Shown here in pieces: positions 10,501-20,530 of a stretch of 64,000 bases of DNA (positions within the stretch are counted from its first letter, which is position 1; every line of letters starts with the position of its first letter). Source of the stretch: Escherichia coli (GTDB lineage: Bacteria; Pseudomonadota; Gammaproteobacteria; Enterobacterales; Enterobacteriaceae); assembly GCF_001677475.2 (NCBI RefSeq), contig NZ_CP015229.1. The stretch is one strand, 5' to 3'. The notes beneath the pieces were generated by a model. The model was given only the letters and a program-made list of their open reading frames with translations, was not told the origin of the DNA and did not search any database. A program made the position numbers and the translations under genes.

Positions 10501-10806
10501 ATTGTGGATACCCCGACGTATTTTGCTTTTGCGAAAGGTGCCGGGCTGATGGGCGAGGCAGGGCCTGAAGCTATCATGCCACTGACTCGGGCAGCGGACG
10601 GCTCTCTTGGAGTCAGAGCCATTGGCAATGTGAATGGTGGCGGTGGATTTGTTTATTCTCCCGTGTATCACATCAGTATTCAGAATAAAGGGAGCAATGG
10701 CGAGATAGATACGCAGTCAGCCAGGGGGCTGGTGGATCTGATCGACAGCAGGGTTGTGTCAATTATGCAGTCATCACGTCGGGACGGAGGATTATGCAGT
10801 GCCTGA
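7561..10806 (+). CDS. Tail tape measure protein
   Basis: 1081-aa ORF directly after G/GT. Ala/Gln-rich, coiled-coil-like, with a Gly-rich C-terminal region. Confidence 0.9.
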   Translation: MSVATLRELIIKISANSRSFQSEIARASRMGQDYYRTMQNGGRQSAAASREMRRALAEVTDQINTAKSSALNMAGAFAGAFATGHLISLADEWNSVNARLKQATQSSDDFQASQRELMAISQRTGTAFSDNASLFARSAASMREYGYSSEEVLKVTEAISTGLKLSGASTAEASSVITQFSQALAQGVLRGEEFNAVNESGDRVIRALAAGMGVARKDLKAMADDGKLTADKVVPALISQLGALRDEYAAMPDTVSSSATKVENAFMAWVGGANEASGVTKTLSGVLNGVAGNIDTVATAAGALVAVGVARYLGNMASSAGAATAGLITAARNEVALAEAQLRGTQIATARARAAVYRAQQAVAATRGTERQAAAEAKLAAAQASLTRNIAARTAAQTTLNTVTSVGSRLLSGALGLVGGVPGLVMLGAAAWYTMYQNQEQARESARQYAATIDEIRQKTSAMSLTEASDNEEKTRQALKEQNRLIDEQKSKIKSLQEKIAGYQYVLANPGWTTDNGFMINHMTSVKTVTEGLAEATNQLAVEQSRLTQMQGKAQSIQDVLAGLEERRVALIRQQAAEQNKAYQSLLIMNGQHTEFNRLLGLGNELLQQRQGLVNVPLRLPQATLDDKQQNALNNSERELALSRLKGEARERARLGYAADDLGFVGEAYQTARQNYINNSLDAWRNNQANKPKAHKKTEAEKTEDIYKRLIKQQKEQIALAGQNTELAKMKYQVSQGELSTLSEAQKKTLLQNAALIDQKKIREQLAAYESSLADSNASARASDEAQLLGYGEGSRMRERLQEMWSIRQTFEQKNNELLRQYQAGEIEEALWKQEKELNKKYLEERLGDQQDYYAKADALRSNWNAGLQEGLTNWADSATDYASQAADAVVSTMDGLVSNISDALAGNVVDWRNWGSSILQEVSKILMNAAIVNGLKSLSKSMSGAGGWLGTVGDWLSGAVANAKGGVYTSANLSAYSNTIVDTPTYFAFAKGAGLMGEAGPEAIMPLTRAADGSLGVRAIGNVNGGGGFVYSPVYHISIQNKGSNGEIDTQSARGLVDLIDSRVVSIMQSSRRDGGLCSA

Positions 10807-11140
10807 GTCTGAAGTTTTTAACTGGATCCCCCGCGAGGGGATGGAGACGACACGAAAGCCATCTGTTATTACGGTAAAGTTCGGTGACGGATATGAACAG
10901 CGACGGGCTGGTGGTCTGAATGCAGATCTGAAAACGTTTAAACCGGTATTTCGTGTCACGGATGAATATTCCCGTGCCGCGCTGGACAGTTTTTTATCCC
11001 GTCATGCCGGGATGCGTGCTTTTTTGTGGCGTCCGCCAAAATATAACAGGACCGTCCGGGTTGTCTGCAGGGAGTGGAGTATTTCGGATAATGCCATGTA
11101 TACCGATTTTAACTGTACCTTTGAAGAGGTCACTCACTGA
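10754..11140 (+). CDS. Minor tail protein (lambda gpM-like)
   Basis: Shares motifs with lambda M (VKFGDGYEQR, FLWRPP). The true start may be GTG 10799, which would avoid the 50-bp overlap with the tape measure gene. Confidence 0.8.
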   Translation: MCQLCSHHVGTEDYAVPESEVFNWIPREGMETTRKPSVITVKFGDGYEQRRAGGLNADLKTFKPVFRVTDEYSRAALDSFLSRHAGMRAFLWRPPKYNRTVRVVCREWSISDNAMYTDFNCTFEEVTH

Positions 11141-11838
11141 TGCAGGATATACAGCAGGAAACACTCAATGAGTGCACTAAATCGGAGCAATCCGCGCTGG
11201 TCGTGCTCTGGGAAGTCGATCTGACGGAGGTCGGCGGAGATCGTTATTTCTTCTGTAATGAGCAGAACGAAAAAGGTGAACCAGTCACCTGGCAGGGGCG
11301 GCAGTATCAGGCGTACCCCATTCAGGGGAGCGGCTTTGAGATGAACGGTAAGGGCAGCAGCGCACGTCCCACACTTAAGGTATCTAACCTGCACGGCATG
11401 GTCACCGGTATGGCGGAAGACCTGCAGAGTCTGGTCGGCGGAACGGTGGTCAGGCGTAAGGTTTACGCCCGTTTTCTGGATGCGGTGAACTTCGTCAACG
11501 GAAACAGTGACGCCGATCCGGAGCAGGAGGTGATCAGCCGCTGGCGCATCGAGCAGTGCAGCGAACTGAGCGCTGTCAGTGCCTCTTTTGTACTGTCCAC
11601 ACCGACTGAAACGGATGGTGCTGTTTTTCCGGGGCGCATCATGCTGGCTAATACCTGCACCTGGACCTATCGCGGTGATGAGTGCGGTTATAACGGTCCG
11701 GCGGTCGCGGATGAATATGATCAGCCGACGTCCGATATCACGAAGGATAAATGCAGCAAATGCCTGAGTGGCTGTAAGTTTCGCAATAACCTCGGCAACT
11801 TTGGCGGTTACCTTTCCATCAACAAACTTTCGCAGTAA
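11140..11838 (+). CDS. Minor tail protein (lambda gpL-like)
   Basis: 232-aa ORF with a C-terminal Cys cluster (CSKCLSGC); position and size match lambda L. Confidence 0.85.
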   Translation: MQDIQQETLNECTKSEQSALVVLWEVDLTEVGGDRYFFCNEQNEKGEPVTWQGRQYQAYPIQGSGFEMNGKGSSARPTLKVSNLHGMVTGMAEDLQSLVGGTVVRRKVYARFLDAVNFVNGNSDADPEQEVISRWRIEQCSELSAVSASFVLSTPTETDGAVFPGRIMLANTCTWTYRGDECGYNGPAVADEYDQPTSDITKDKCSKCLSGCKFRNNLGNFGGYLSINKLSQ

Positions 11839-11842
11839 TCCC

Positions 11843-12586
11843 ATGACAGAGACAGAATCAGCGATTCTGGCGCACGCCCGGCGATGTGCGCCAGCGGAGT
11901 CGTGCGGCTTCGTGGTGAGAACGCCGGAAGGGGAAAGATATTTTCCCTGCGTGAATATCTCCGGTGAGCCGGAGGAGTATTTCCGGATGGCTCCGGAGGA
12001 CTGGCTGCGGGCAGAAATGCAGGGTGAGATTATGGCGCTGGTCCACAGCCACCCCGGTGGTCTGCCCTGGCTGAGTGAGGCCGACCGGCGGTTGCAGGTG
12101 CAGGGTGATTTGCCATGGTGGCTGGTCTGCCGGAGAGCGATTCACAAGTTCCGCTGTGTGCCGCATCTTACCGGGCGGCGCTTTGAGCACGGGGTGACGG
12201 ACTGTTACACGCTGTTCCGGGATGCTTACCATCTGGCGGGGATTGAGATGCCGGATTTTCATCGTGAGGATGACTGGTGGCGTCACGGTCAGAATCTCTA
12301 TCTGGATAATCTGGAGGCCACGGGGCTGTATCAGGTGCCGCTGTCAGCGGCGCAGCCGGGCGATGTGCTGCTGTGCTGTTTTGGTTCATCGGTACCGAAT
12401 CATGCAGCCATTTACTGCGGTGATGGCGAGCTGCTGCACCATATTCCTGAACAACTGAGCAAACGAGAGAGGTATACCGACAAATGGCAGCGACGCACAC
12501 ACTCCCTCTGGCGTCACCGGGCATGGCACGCATCTGCCTTTACGGGGATTTACAACGATTTGGCCGCCGCATCGACCTTCGTGTGA
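11843..12586 (+). CDS. Tail assembly protein K (lambda gpK-like; MPN/JAB plus NlpC/P60 domains)
   Basis: ORF 11768..12586 with start at ATG 11843 (MTETES). Contains a JAMM-like HSHPGG motif. Confidence 0.85.
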   Translation: MTETESAILAHARRCAPAESCGFVVRTPEGERYFPCVNISGEPEEYFRMAPEDWLRAEMQGEIMALVHSHPGGLPWLSEADRRLQVQGDLPWWLVCRRAIHKFRCVPHLTGRRFEHGVTDCYTLFRDAYHLAGIEMPDFHREDDWWRHGQNLYLDNLEATGLYQVPLSAAQPGDVLLCCFGSSVPNHAAIYCGDGELLHHIPEQLSKRERYTDKWQRRTHSLWRHRAWHASAFTGIYNDLAAASTFV

Positions 12587-13131
12587 AAACGGGGGCTGAA
12601 GCCATCCGGGCACTGGCCACGCAGATCCCCGCATTTCGACAGAAACTGAATGAGGGCTGGTATCAGGTGCGCATTGCAGGGCGTGATGCAGGTGAAACCG
12701 AATTATCTGCCCGTCTTAATGAGCCGCTGGCAAATGGTGCCGTGATCCACATCGTACCGCGTCTGGCGGGTGCCAAAAGTGGCGGTATTTTTCAGGCGGT
12801 GCTGGGGGCGGCGCTGATTGCGGTGGCATGGTGGAACCCTGTGGGCTGGCTGGGTGCCGCGGCTGTATCGGGCATGTATGCGGCAGGGGCCAGTATGATC
12901 CTGGGCGGAGTGGCGCAGATGCTGGCACCGAAAGCCAGGACGCCCACGGCAGCAAGTACAGATAACGGCAAACAGAACACCTATTTCTCCTCACTGGATA
13001 ACATGGTTGCCCAGGGCAATGTTCTGCCCGTTCTGTACGGTGAAATGCGCGTGGGGTCGCGGGTGGTCTCTCAGGAGATCAGCACGGCAGACGAAGGGGA
13101 TGGTGGTCAGGTTGTGGTGATTGGTCGCTGA
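12484..13131 (+). CDS. Tail assembly protein I (lambda gpI-like)
   Basis: 215-aa ORF overlapping the end of K, with a hydrophobic Gly/Ala-rich C-terminal half as in gpI. Alternative start ATG 12523. Confidence 0.8.
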   Translation: MAATHTLPLASPGMARICLYGDLQRFGRRIDLRVKTGAEAIRALATQIPAFRQKLNEGWYQVRIAGRDAGETELSARLNEPLANGAVIHIVPRLAGAKSGGIFQAVLGAALIAVAWWNPVGWLGAAAVSGMYAAGASMILGGVAQMLAPKARTPTAASTDNGKQNTYFSSLDNMVAQGNVLPVLYGEMRVGSRVVSQEISTADEGDGGQVVVIGR

Positions 13132-13190
13132 TGAAAAACGTTTATGTGAAACCGCCTCCGGGCGGTTTTGTCGTTTATGGAGCGTGAGGA

Positions 13191-16100
13191 ATGGGTAAAG
13201 GCAGCAGTAAGGGGCATACTCCGCGCGAAGCGAAGGACAACCTGAAGTCCACGCAGTTGCTGAGTGTGATCGATGCCATCAGCGAAGGGCCGGTTGAAGG
13301 TCCGGTGGATGGATTAAAAAGCGTGCTGCTGAACAGTACGCCAGTGCTGGACAGTGAGGGGAATACCAATATCTCCGGCGTCACGGTGGTGTTCCGGGCC
13401 GGTGAGCAGGAGCAGACACCGCCGGAGGGATTTGAATCCTCTGGCTCCGAGACGGTGCTGGGTACGGAAGTGAAATACGACACGCCGATCACCCGGACCA
13501 TCACGTCGGCAAACATTGACCGACTGCGTTTTACCTTCGGCGTGCAGGCACTGGTGGAAACCACCTCAAAGGGGGACAGGAATCCGTCGGAAGTCCGCCT
13601 GCTGGTTCAGATCCAGCGTAATGGTGGCTGGGTGACGGAAAAAGACATCACCATTAAGGGCAAAACCACCTCGCAGTATCTGGCCTCGGTGGTGGTGGGT
13701 AACCTGCCGCCGCGCCCGTTCAATATACGGATGCGCAGGATGACGCCGGACAGCACCACAGACCAGCTGCAGAACAAAACGCTCTGGTCGTCATACACCG
13801 AAATCATCGATGTGAAACAGTGCTACCCGAACACGGCACTGGTCGGCGTACAGGTGGATTCGGAGCAGTTCGGCAGCCAGCAGGTGAGCCGTAATTATCA
13901 TCTGCGCGGGCGCATTCTGCAGGTGCCGTCGAACTATAACCCGCAGACGCGGCAATACAGCGGTATCTGGGACGGAACGTTTAAACCGGCATACAGCAAC
14001 AACATGGCCTGGTGTCTGTGGGATATGCTGACCCATCCGCGCTACGGCATGGGGAAACGTCTTGGTGCGGCGGATGTGGACAAATGGGCGCTGTATGTCA
14101 TCGGCCAGCATTGCGATCAGTCGGTGCCGGACGGTTTTGGCGGCACGGAGCCGCGCATCACCTGTAATGCGTACCTGACCACACAGCGCAAGGCGTGGGA
14201 TGTGCTCAGTGATTTCTGCTCTGCGATGCGCTGTATGCCGGTATGGAACGGGCAGACGCTGACGTTCGTGCAGGACCGACCGTCGGATAAGGTGTGGACC
14301 TATAACCGCAGTAATGTGGTGATGCCGGATGATGGTGCGCCGTTCCGCTACAGCTTCAGCGCCCTGAAGGACCGCCATAATGCCGTTGAGGTGAACTGGA
14401 TTGACCCGAATAACGGCTGGGAGACGGCGACAGAGCTTGTGGAGGACACGCAGGCCATTCTCCGTTACGGTCGTAACGTCACGAAGATGGATGCCTTTGG
14501 CTGTACCAGTCGGGGGCAGGCACACCGCGCCGGGCTGTGGCTGATTAAAACAGAACTGCTGGAAACGCAGACCGTGGATTTCAGCGTCGGCGCAGAAGGG
14601 CTTCGCCATGTGCCGGGCGATGTTATTGAAATCTGCGATGATGACTATGCCGGTATCAGCACCGGCGGGCGCGTGCTGGCGGTGAACAGCCAGACCCGGA
14701 CGCTGACGCTCGACCGTGAAATCACGCTGCCATCCGCCGGCACCACGCTGATAAGCCTGGTTGACGGAAGTGGAAATCCGGTCAGCGTGGAGGTTCAGTC
14801 CGTCACCGATGGCGTGAAGGTAAAAGTGAGCCGTGTTCCTGACGGCGTTGCAGAATACAGTGTGTGGGGGCTGAAGTTGCCGACGCTGCGCCAGCGCCTG
14901 TTCCGCTGTGTGAGTATCCGTGAGAATGACGACGGCACGTATGCCATCACCGCCGTGCAGCATGTACCGGAAAAAGAGGCCATCGTGGATAACGGGGCGC
15001 ACTTTGACGGCGACCAGAGCGGCACGGTGAATGGTGTCACGCCGCCCGCGGTGCAGCACCTGACCGCCGAAGTCACCGCAGACAGCGGGGAATATCAGGT
15101 GCTGGCGCGCTGGGACACGCCGAAGGTGGTCAAGGGTGTGAGCTTCCTGCTTCGCCTGACCGTGGCAGCGGATGACGGCAGTGAGCGGCTGGTCAGCACA
15201 GCCCGGACGACGGAAACCACATACCGCTTCAGGCAGCTGGCGCCAGGAAATTACAGTCTGACGGTCCGGGCGGTAAATGCCCGGGGACAGCAGGGGGATC
15301 CGGCGTCGGTATCGTTCCGGATTAACGCCCCGGCAGCGCCTGCCACAATTGAACTGATACCGGGGTATTTTCAGATAACGGCGGTCCCGCGTCTTGCGGT
15401 GTATGACCCGACGGTGCAGTTTGAGTTCTGGTTCTCGGAAAATCAGATTACGGATATCCGGCAGGTTGAAACCACAGCCCGCTATCTCGGTACGGCGATG
15501 TACTGGACAGCTGCCAGTATTAATATCAGGCCGGGCCATGATTATTACTTTTATATCCGCAGTGTGAACATCGTCGGTAAATCAGCGTTTGTGGAAGCTG
15601 TTGGCCAGCCGGTTAATGATGCTGAGGTGTATCTCAATTTTTTTGAAGGGAAAATAAACAGCACCCTGCTGGGACAGGAGCTGAACGATCGTATTAATGC
15701 CTCGGCATTGCGCAGTGAAGTTGAGCAACTGGAGGATGAGATCAATCAGCAGATAGAGAGTGATATTGCTGAAGTGACCCAAAAAATCGGGGAGACAGAA
15801 AACAGCCTCACACAGCTGGTTGCGAAAAAAAATGATGAGCTGTCACTGGGTATATCACAGGTGAGCCAGAGAGTGGATAACGTCAGCAGCGAACTCACGC
15901 AGACGGTCAGTCAGAGTAATGAGGAGAATGCACGCCAGATAGCGCAGGTTCGCCAGTATGTGGATCAAAAAAGCAGTGAAATCATGACGACAACGGACCA
16001 AAAGCTGGGAGATCAGGAGGCCACCATCCAGCAGATACAAAAGGTTCAGACGGACACCAGTAATAACCTGAACAGTATGTGGGCCGTGAAACTGCAGCAG

Positions 16101-16445
16101 ATGCAGGATGGTCGCCTTTATATTGCGGGTATCGGTGCCGGTATTGAGAATACCCCTGACGGTATGCAGAGCCAGGTGCTGCTGGCGGCAGACAGGATTG
16201 CGATGGTTAATCCTGCGAATGGTAATACAACACCCTTGTTTGTGGCTCAGGGGGATCAGCTGTTCCTGAATGAGGTTTTCATGTCCAGGGCGACGATTGA
16301 TTTTGCGGAAATTACGGGGGTTCTTCGTTCTTCGGGATTTGAAGTCAGGGGACAGGGAGGCTGGGATCTGAGCCGGGAACTGAACTGCTTCAGGGTCGAT
16401 GATGAAAACAATGTCATTCGGGTGAGAATGGGCAGGTTACTCTGA
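13191..16445 (+). CDS. Host specificity / tail tip protein J (central tail fibre)
   Basis: 1084-aa ORF after K and I. Conserved gpJ-like N-terminal two-thirds, fibronectin-like middle region, and a divergent coiled-coil C-terminus. Confidence 0.9.
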   Translation: MGKGSSKGHTPREAKDNLKSTQLLSVIDAISEGPVEGPVDGLKSVLLNSTPVLDSEGNTNISGVTVVFRAGEQEQTPPEGFESSGSETVLGTEVKYDTPITRTITSANIDRLRFTFGVQALVETTSKGDRNPSEVRLLVQIQRNGGWVTEKDITIKGKTTSQYLASVVVGNLPPRPFNIRMRRMTPDSTTDQLQNKTLWSSYTEIIDVKQCYPNTALVGVQVDSEQFGSQQVSRNYHLRGRILQVPSNYNPQTRQYSGIWDGTFKPAYSNNMAWCLWDMLTHPRYGMGKRLGAADVDKWALYVIGQHCDQSVPDGFGGTEPRITCNAYLTTQRKAWDVLSDFCSAMRCMPVWNGQTLTFVQDRPSDKVWTYNRSNVVMPDDGAPFRYSFSALKDRHNAVEVNWIDPNNGWETATELVEDTQAILRYGRNVTKMDAFGCTSRGQAHRAGLWLIKTELLETQTVDFSVGAEGLRHVPGDVIEICDDDYAGISTGGRVLAVNSQTRTLTLDREITLPSAGTTLISLVDGSGNPVSVEVQSVTDGVKVKVSRVPDGVAEYSVWGLKLPTLRQRLFRCVSIRENDDGTYAITAVQHVPEKEAIVDNGAHFDGDQSGTVNGVTPPAVQHLTAEVTADSGEYQVLARWDTPKVVKGVSFLLRLTVAADDGSERLVSTARTTETTYRFRQLAPGNYSLTVRAVNARGQQGDPASVSFRINAPAAPATIELIPGYFQITAVPRLAVYDPTVQFEFWFSENQITDIRQVETTARYLGTAMYWTAASINIRPGHDYYFYIRSVNIVGKSAFVEAVGQPVNDAEVYLNFFEGKINSTLLGQELNDRINASALRSEVEQLEDEINQQIESDIAEVTQKIGETENSLTQLVAKKNDELSLGISQVSQRVDNVSSELTQTVSQSNEENARQIAQVRQYVDQKSSEIMTTTDQKLGDQEATIQQIQKVQTDTSNNLNSMWAVKLQQMQDGRLYIAGIGAGIENTPDGMQSQVLLAADRIAMVNPANGNTTPLFVAQGDQLFLNEVFMSRATIDFAEITGVLRSSGFEVRGQGGWDLSRELNCFRVDDENNVIRVRMGRLL

Positions 16446-16454
16446 GGAGCGAAT

Positions 16455-16826
16455 ATGTCATTGCAATATGGCTGGCAAATCATGGATGCAACGGGCAGGG
16501 TGGTTACGGATACGTCTGCAATTATGTGCAGACGTTTATTCTCATATCATGTTCCGATCATTGAAGCACTGGCATCAAATATCCCGTGGTCAGTGACATT
16601 TGGTGTCAGTTTTAACAATGGAACCCCATTCACACATTGTGTGACACGGAAGGGGATTACGGTGCCTTCCGGCAGGGTATGGTATCCGGTGGCACCGGAT
16701 ATTATCATCAACGGTAACAGCGTCACCTTAACCTATACAGCAAGACATGTTTCATATCCTGATGATTTGGGGTATCTCCTGGCTGTTGGCGGTGTGGATG
16801 TTCATTGTGGGGTTTACCACCGATGA
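16455..16826 (+). CDS. Hypothetical phage protein (unknown; paralogous to the N-terminus of the next gene)
   Basis: 123-aa ORF with RBS GAGGAG upstream. Visibly AT-richer than J. Confidence 0.5.
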   Translation: MSLQYGWQIMDATGRVVTDTSAIMCRRLFSYHVPIIEALASNIPWSVTFGVSFNNGTPFTHCVTRKGITVPSGRVWYPVAPDIIINGNSVTLTYTARHVSYPDDLGYLLAVGGVDVHCGVYHR

Positions 16827-17614
16827 GCGGTTATGGCATTCAGCTAATTAATGACTATGGACTGACAGTGGCAGATGCGGAAGATGTGAATTATGTTTTG
16901 CGAAGTGCCGGTCAGTTCAGTAATGGTCATTTTATCTCCGGCGGGAACACGACGAGCGCAATCAGTCTGATAACAACCGGGATGAACAGTCCTTTATTGT
17001 TTCTGAAGATGAATACAAATAATTCGAGGCTGACACAAAAAGCCGGGGTCAATAAGCTGTCCCCTGATTTTGTTAATCCCGGAACATATATATCGGTGAC
17101 AAGTATAGACGTGTTTAAATGGTGGAATATAAATATTGGCACGGTTCAGTATTATATTTTTGACAAGTGGATACCGCCGGAGCGAAGTTCATACGGTATG
17201 CAACTGTTTGATGGTTCAGGCGGAATTATATTTGATTCCGGGTGGTATTTTCTGAAATTACGGGATGTGAAATGGCTTGAACCGCAATATCCAAACCATT
17301 CAGGGCATGAAAGCGGTAGTAACTGGAGTAATGTCGGGCATGTTTCCGATGATGTCAATAACACAGCATTATCAATGCCTCTGGGCAGGGGCTGGATTGA
17401 GTCATCCTTACAGGGTGGATATTACTATAATGAGTGTTGTCATCTTGACGGTAACGGTAATCTCTATATATCCATAATACCGACAGGTGTTTATCTCGAT
17501 ATATCACCGACAGGCGGCTGGGTTGGCTCAATGAAAACCCAGGTCATGGTTGCGGATGTATCCGGCTTACCGACGAATTATAACCCTGTGGAGATAAGGA
17601 ACGTTAACGGTTAA
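16823..17614 (+). CDS. Hypothetical phage protein (unknown; internally repeated YG-Q-L motif)
   Basis: ORF 16805..17614; the probable start ATG 16823 overlaps the upstream stop (ATGA). Followed by a strong intrinsic terminator. Confidence 0.5.
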   Translation: MSGYGIQLINDYGLTVADAEDVNYVLRSAGQFSNGHFISGGNTTSAISLITTGMNSPLLFLKMNTNNSRLTQKAGVNKLSPDFVNPGTYISVTSIDVFKWWNINIGTVQYYIFDKWIPPERSSYGMQLFDGSGGIIFDSGWYFLKLRDVKWLEPQYPNHSGHESGSNWSNVGHVSDDVNNTALSMPLGRGWIESSLQGGYYYNECCHLDGNGNLYISIIPTGVYLDISPTGGWVGSMKTQVMVADVSGLPTNYNPVEIRNVNG

Positions 17615-17665
17615 GTGCTGTAACGAAATCACGGCAAAATGAAACAGAAAATCTGAATGTAATCA

Positions 17666-17694
17666 CAGCCCGCCGGAACCGGCGGGCTTTTTTG
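17666..17694 (+). terminator. Rho-independent terminator (GC stem-loop plus T-run)
   Basis: GCCCGCCGG-AACC-GGCGGGC followed by TTTTTTG. Confidence 0.7.
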
Positions 17695-17704
17695 TGGGGT
17701 GAAT

Positions 17705-19801
17705 ATGGCAGTAAAGATTTCAGGTGTCCTGAAAGACGGAGCGGGTGAGCCTGTCGTAAACTGTGCGATTGAATTGCGTGCCAGAAGAACCAGTCCGACA
17801 GTTGTGGTTAATATTGTGGCAACCTGTCTTACGGGAAGTGATGGCGGGTATACTATTAATGCTGAGCCGGGATTTTATGATGTATTTTTGTCCCGCACAG
17901 GGCATCCTCCTGTAAAGGCGGGGGAAATTTATGTTGCACCGACAGATGAGCCGGATACGCTGAATGCTTTTCTGGATGCACCAAAGGAGGGTGATTTACG
18001 CCCTGAGGTAATGAAGCGTTTTGAGGAAATGGTAAATACCGTTGTTCGCTTGTCTGAGCAGGTGGTCAGTGACAGGGAGAGAGCAGAAACAGCTGCTGAT
18101 GATGCAATTAATGCAGCAACATCTGCGGCGGGTAGTAAGGATGAGGCAGAAGAGCTAAAAAATCAGACACAGCAGAGCGCCGAAGCTGCAGCCGGAAACG
18201 CACAGCAGACGGCACAGGATGTGACGACAACCGCAACGGCCCGTGATGATGCGGAACGTTTTGCGAATGAGGCTGAAAACAGCGCACAGTCATCAGGCAC
18301 AGCGCGGGACGAATCAGTCGATGCCGCCGAACGCGCCCGCCTTTATCATAATGCCGCATCAGCAGCAGCGACCAGTTCAGAACTGTCGGCAAATGCGGCG
18401 CTGGGGCACAAAAACAGTGCCGCCGAATACGCCCGACAGGCTAAAGCCAGCCAGGATGCAGGTGCAGACAATGCGCAGGAAGCGAAACAGTTCAGGGATG
18501 AGGCACAGCAGATTGTTGATGACCTGAATGCAACAAATGCCAGCACGACAGAAAAAGGTCTGGTGCAACTCTGTAGTGATACGGACAACGACAGCGAGGA
18601 ACTGGCTGCCACGCCAAAGGCTGTCAGACTCGTCATGGACGAGACGAAAACAAAAGCGCCACTGGACAGCCCGGCTTTCACCGGCATCCCAACCACCCCA
18701 ACCCCACCGGATGATGCCGCCGGTCTGGAAGCAGCGAACGCAGCGTTTGTGCGCAAACTGCTTGCTGCGCTGGTTGGCTCATCGCCGGAAGTTCTGGACA
18801 CCCTGAACGAACTGGCAGCGGCGCTGGGCAATGACCCGGAGTTTGCGACCTCAATCATGAATGCGCTGGCAGGCAAACAACCGCTTAATGACGTCTTAAC
18901 GGCAATCAGCGCACTGACGCAACGGTCAGATAATCTTCTGTACTTCAATACGGACGGGAATGCCTCACTGTCTCTGCTGTCAGAGAAGGGCCGCGCATTA
19001 CTGGCGCATGACACAGCTGAAGCCATGCGCACGGAGCTTGAGCTGAAAGCAGCTGCGACGATGGAACCCCAGAGTGATATTCGCGACCGCACATCCGGCA
19101 GGCTGGCGCTGTCCGGGATGTATGGGTTTGGACAGGCATTCACCAGCGCCGACGCTCTGTCATTTAACGGACAGGCTGATTTCGTTGAGTGGTTGAAGAA
19201 AGTCACGCCGGGGCGGTATGCGGTCAGTATTACAGACTCCTCGCAACTGCTTACCGGTACCACGCAATTTAACGGCATTATTGATGTGATGTGGTCACCG
19301 TACGCCAACAGTGAATCTGATACAGTCCGCAAATTTAAAACCCTGATGTGTTACAACCAGTATTATCAGGGTGAACACTGTATTCACTATATGCAGTACC
19401 GGTACAACGACAGTGATAACAGCTGGAACATGTCATCGCGGGTAGTTGTATACGACGGAGATTCTCTCGCTTATTTATTATCGCGGTTATCCGGTAATGG
19501 TCCGTTCTCATATTACCAATACCCGGCCGTCGGTGTGCCGATTATGGCGGTATATCAGGGAGAAAGTTTTGGTGAAAATGCTTCTCTGGGACTCGGTGAT
19601 ACTGTGCCGGGTTCCCGTCTTGGTCCTCTGGCCATGAGTGCACCGGTTAGTGATACAGGGACATACGCATCCTCACCGCAGGTTGTGATTGGCGGTGCCG
19701 GTGAATACAACTTCCCCGGTCGTTACATGGCGCTTTCGGGCTTAGGTAACAATTATGGTACTCAGCGTGGCTTTATCGGTCTTTTTGTACGCATTGAGTA
19801 A
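17705..19801 (+). CDS. Side tail fibre protein (lambda Stf-like N-terminus)
   Basis: Starts MAVKISGVLKDGAGEPV, matching the conserved Stf N-terminal domain. Has a coiled-coil middle and a divergent C-terminal receptor-binding region. Confidence 0.85.
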   Translation: MAVKISGVLKDGAGEPVVNCAIELRARRTSPTVVVNIVATCLTGSDGGYTINAEPGFYDVFLSRTGHPPVKAGEIYVAPTDEPDTLNAFLDAPKEGDLRPEVMKRFEEMVNTVVRLSEQVVSDRERAETAADDAINAATSAAGSKDEAEELKNQTQQSAEAAAGNAQQTAQDVTTTATARDDAERFANEAENSAQSSGTARDESVDAAERARLYHNAASAAATSSELSANAALGHKNSAAEYARQAKASQDAGADNAQEAKQFRDEAQQIVDDLNATNASTTEKGLVQLCSDTDNDSEELAATPKAVRLVMDETKTKAPLDSPAFTGIPTTPTPPDDAAGLEAANAAFVRKLLAALVGSSPEVLDTLNELAAALGNDPEFATSIMNALAGKQPLNDVLTAISALTQRSDNLLYFNTDGNASLSLLSEKGRALLAHDTAEAMRTELELKAAATMEPQSDIRDRTSGRLALSGMYGFGQAFTSADALSFNGQADFVEWLKKVTPGRYAVSITDSSQLLTGTTQFNGIIDVMWSPYANSESDTVRKFKTLMCYNQYYQGEHCIHYMQYRYNDSDNSWNMSSRVVVYDGDSLAYLLSRLSGNGPFSYYQYPAVGVPIMAVYQGESFGENASLGLGDTVPGSRLGPLAMSAPVSDTGTYASSPQVVIGGAGEYNFPGRYMALSGLGNNYGTQRGFIGLFVRIE

Positions 19802-20400
19802 TGAGGAAATCAGGCATGAAAATCAGAGCGGTGAAAGGCATCAGAAACGCACATTATCTTGAAAATGGTGCGATTGACTGCGAGGTGTTATTTGAAGGTG
19901 AAACGGAGTTCGCCATGTATACCGCCATACAGGATGATACAGCCCCGACAGGCCAGCACATCTGGCAGGAGCTGCAAAGCGGGAAATGGGGCGAAATCGT
20001 CCCGTTCACCGTCACGCCTGAACTTATTGCAGCGGCAAAGGATGCCAAAAGGCGGGAGATTGAGGCATGGCGCGACAGTCAGGAAAACGTTGAGTTTATT
20101 TTCACGTTTGATGGTCGTCGTTTTGATGGTGGAAAAACCTCGCAGTCACGCCTTGCGCCCGTGGTTGCAACAGCACAGGCCGGACTGCTTCCGGAGGGTT
20201 TTTTCTGGACTGATGCGGATAATAACAACGTCGTACTGACCAGGGAGAAACTTATTGCGCTGAACGATGCCATGATGGTGGCCATGGTGGCGGAGGGCTT
20301 TAAAATCCACGAACGTCAGCGGGAGATGAAAGAGGAGCTGAGTAGCCTCGAGGATTTACACTCAATCAGGAAGTTGCTCGTTAACTCAGAAAAAATTTGA
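19801..20400 (+). CDS. Putative tail fibre assembly protein (atypical Tfa-like)
   Basis: 199-aa ORF overlapping the stf stop and last gene before the tRNA. Assigned by position; it does not closely resemble canonical lambda Tfa. Confidence 0.45.
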   Translation: MRKSGMKIRAVKGIRNAHYLENGAIDCEVLFEGETEFAMYTAIQDDTAPTGQHIWQELQSGKWGEIVPFTVTPELIAAAKDAKRREIEAWRDSQENVEFIFTFDGRRFDGGKTSQSRLAPVVATAQAGLLPEGFFWTDADNNNVVLTREKLIALNDAMMVAMVAEGFKIHERQREMKEELSSLEDLHSIRKLLVNSEKI

Positions 20401-20508
20401 GATACCAAAGACATCAAAGAGGTGCTGGCGGGAAAATATCGCAGATATTAAAAACTGAAAATATACCAATTGGTATACCAAGTTTATACCAAGAACCCAA
20501 AAAGCAAA

Positions 20509-20530
20509 GGGGCTACCATTTGGTAACCCC
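20509..20530 (-). terminator. Hairpin plus T-run downstream of serT (probable tRNA terminator)
   Basis: On the minus strand GGGGTTACCA-AA-TGGTAGCCCC is followed by TTTGCTTTTT. Confidence 0.5.

Noticed and set aside
11134-11844. 236-aa minus-strand ORF opposite gene L
   Set aside because: Fully overlaps the L-like gene on the other strand; no RBS or operon context.
13791-15539. 582-aa minus-strand ORF inside J
   Set aside because: Antisense to a well-supported J gene in GC-rich DNA; Arg/His/Pro-rich, low-complexity composition typical of a spurious reverse-frame ORF.
18346-19332. 328-aa minus-strand ORF inside stf
   Set aside because: Ala/Ser-rich antisense shadow of the tail-fibre coiled-coil region.
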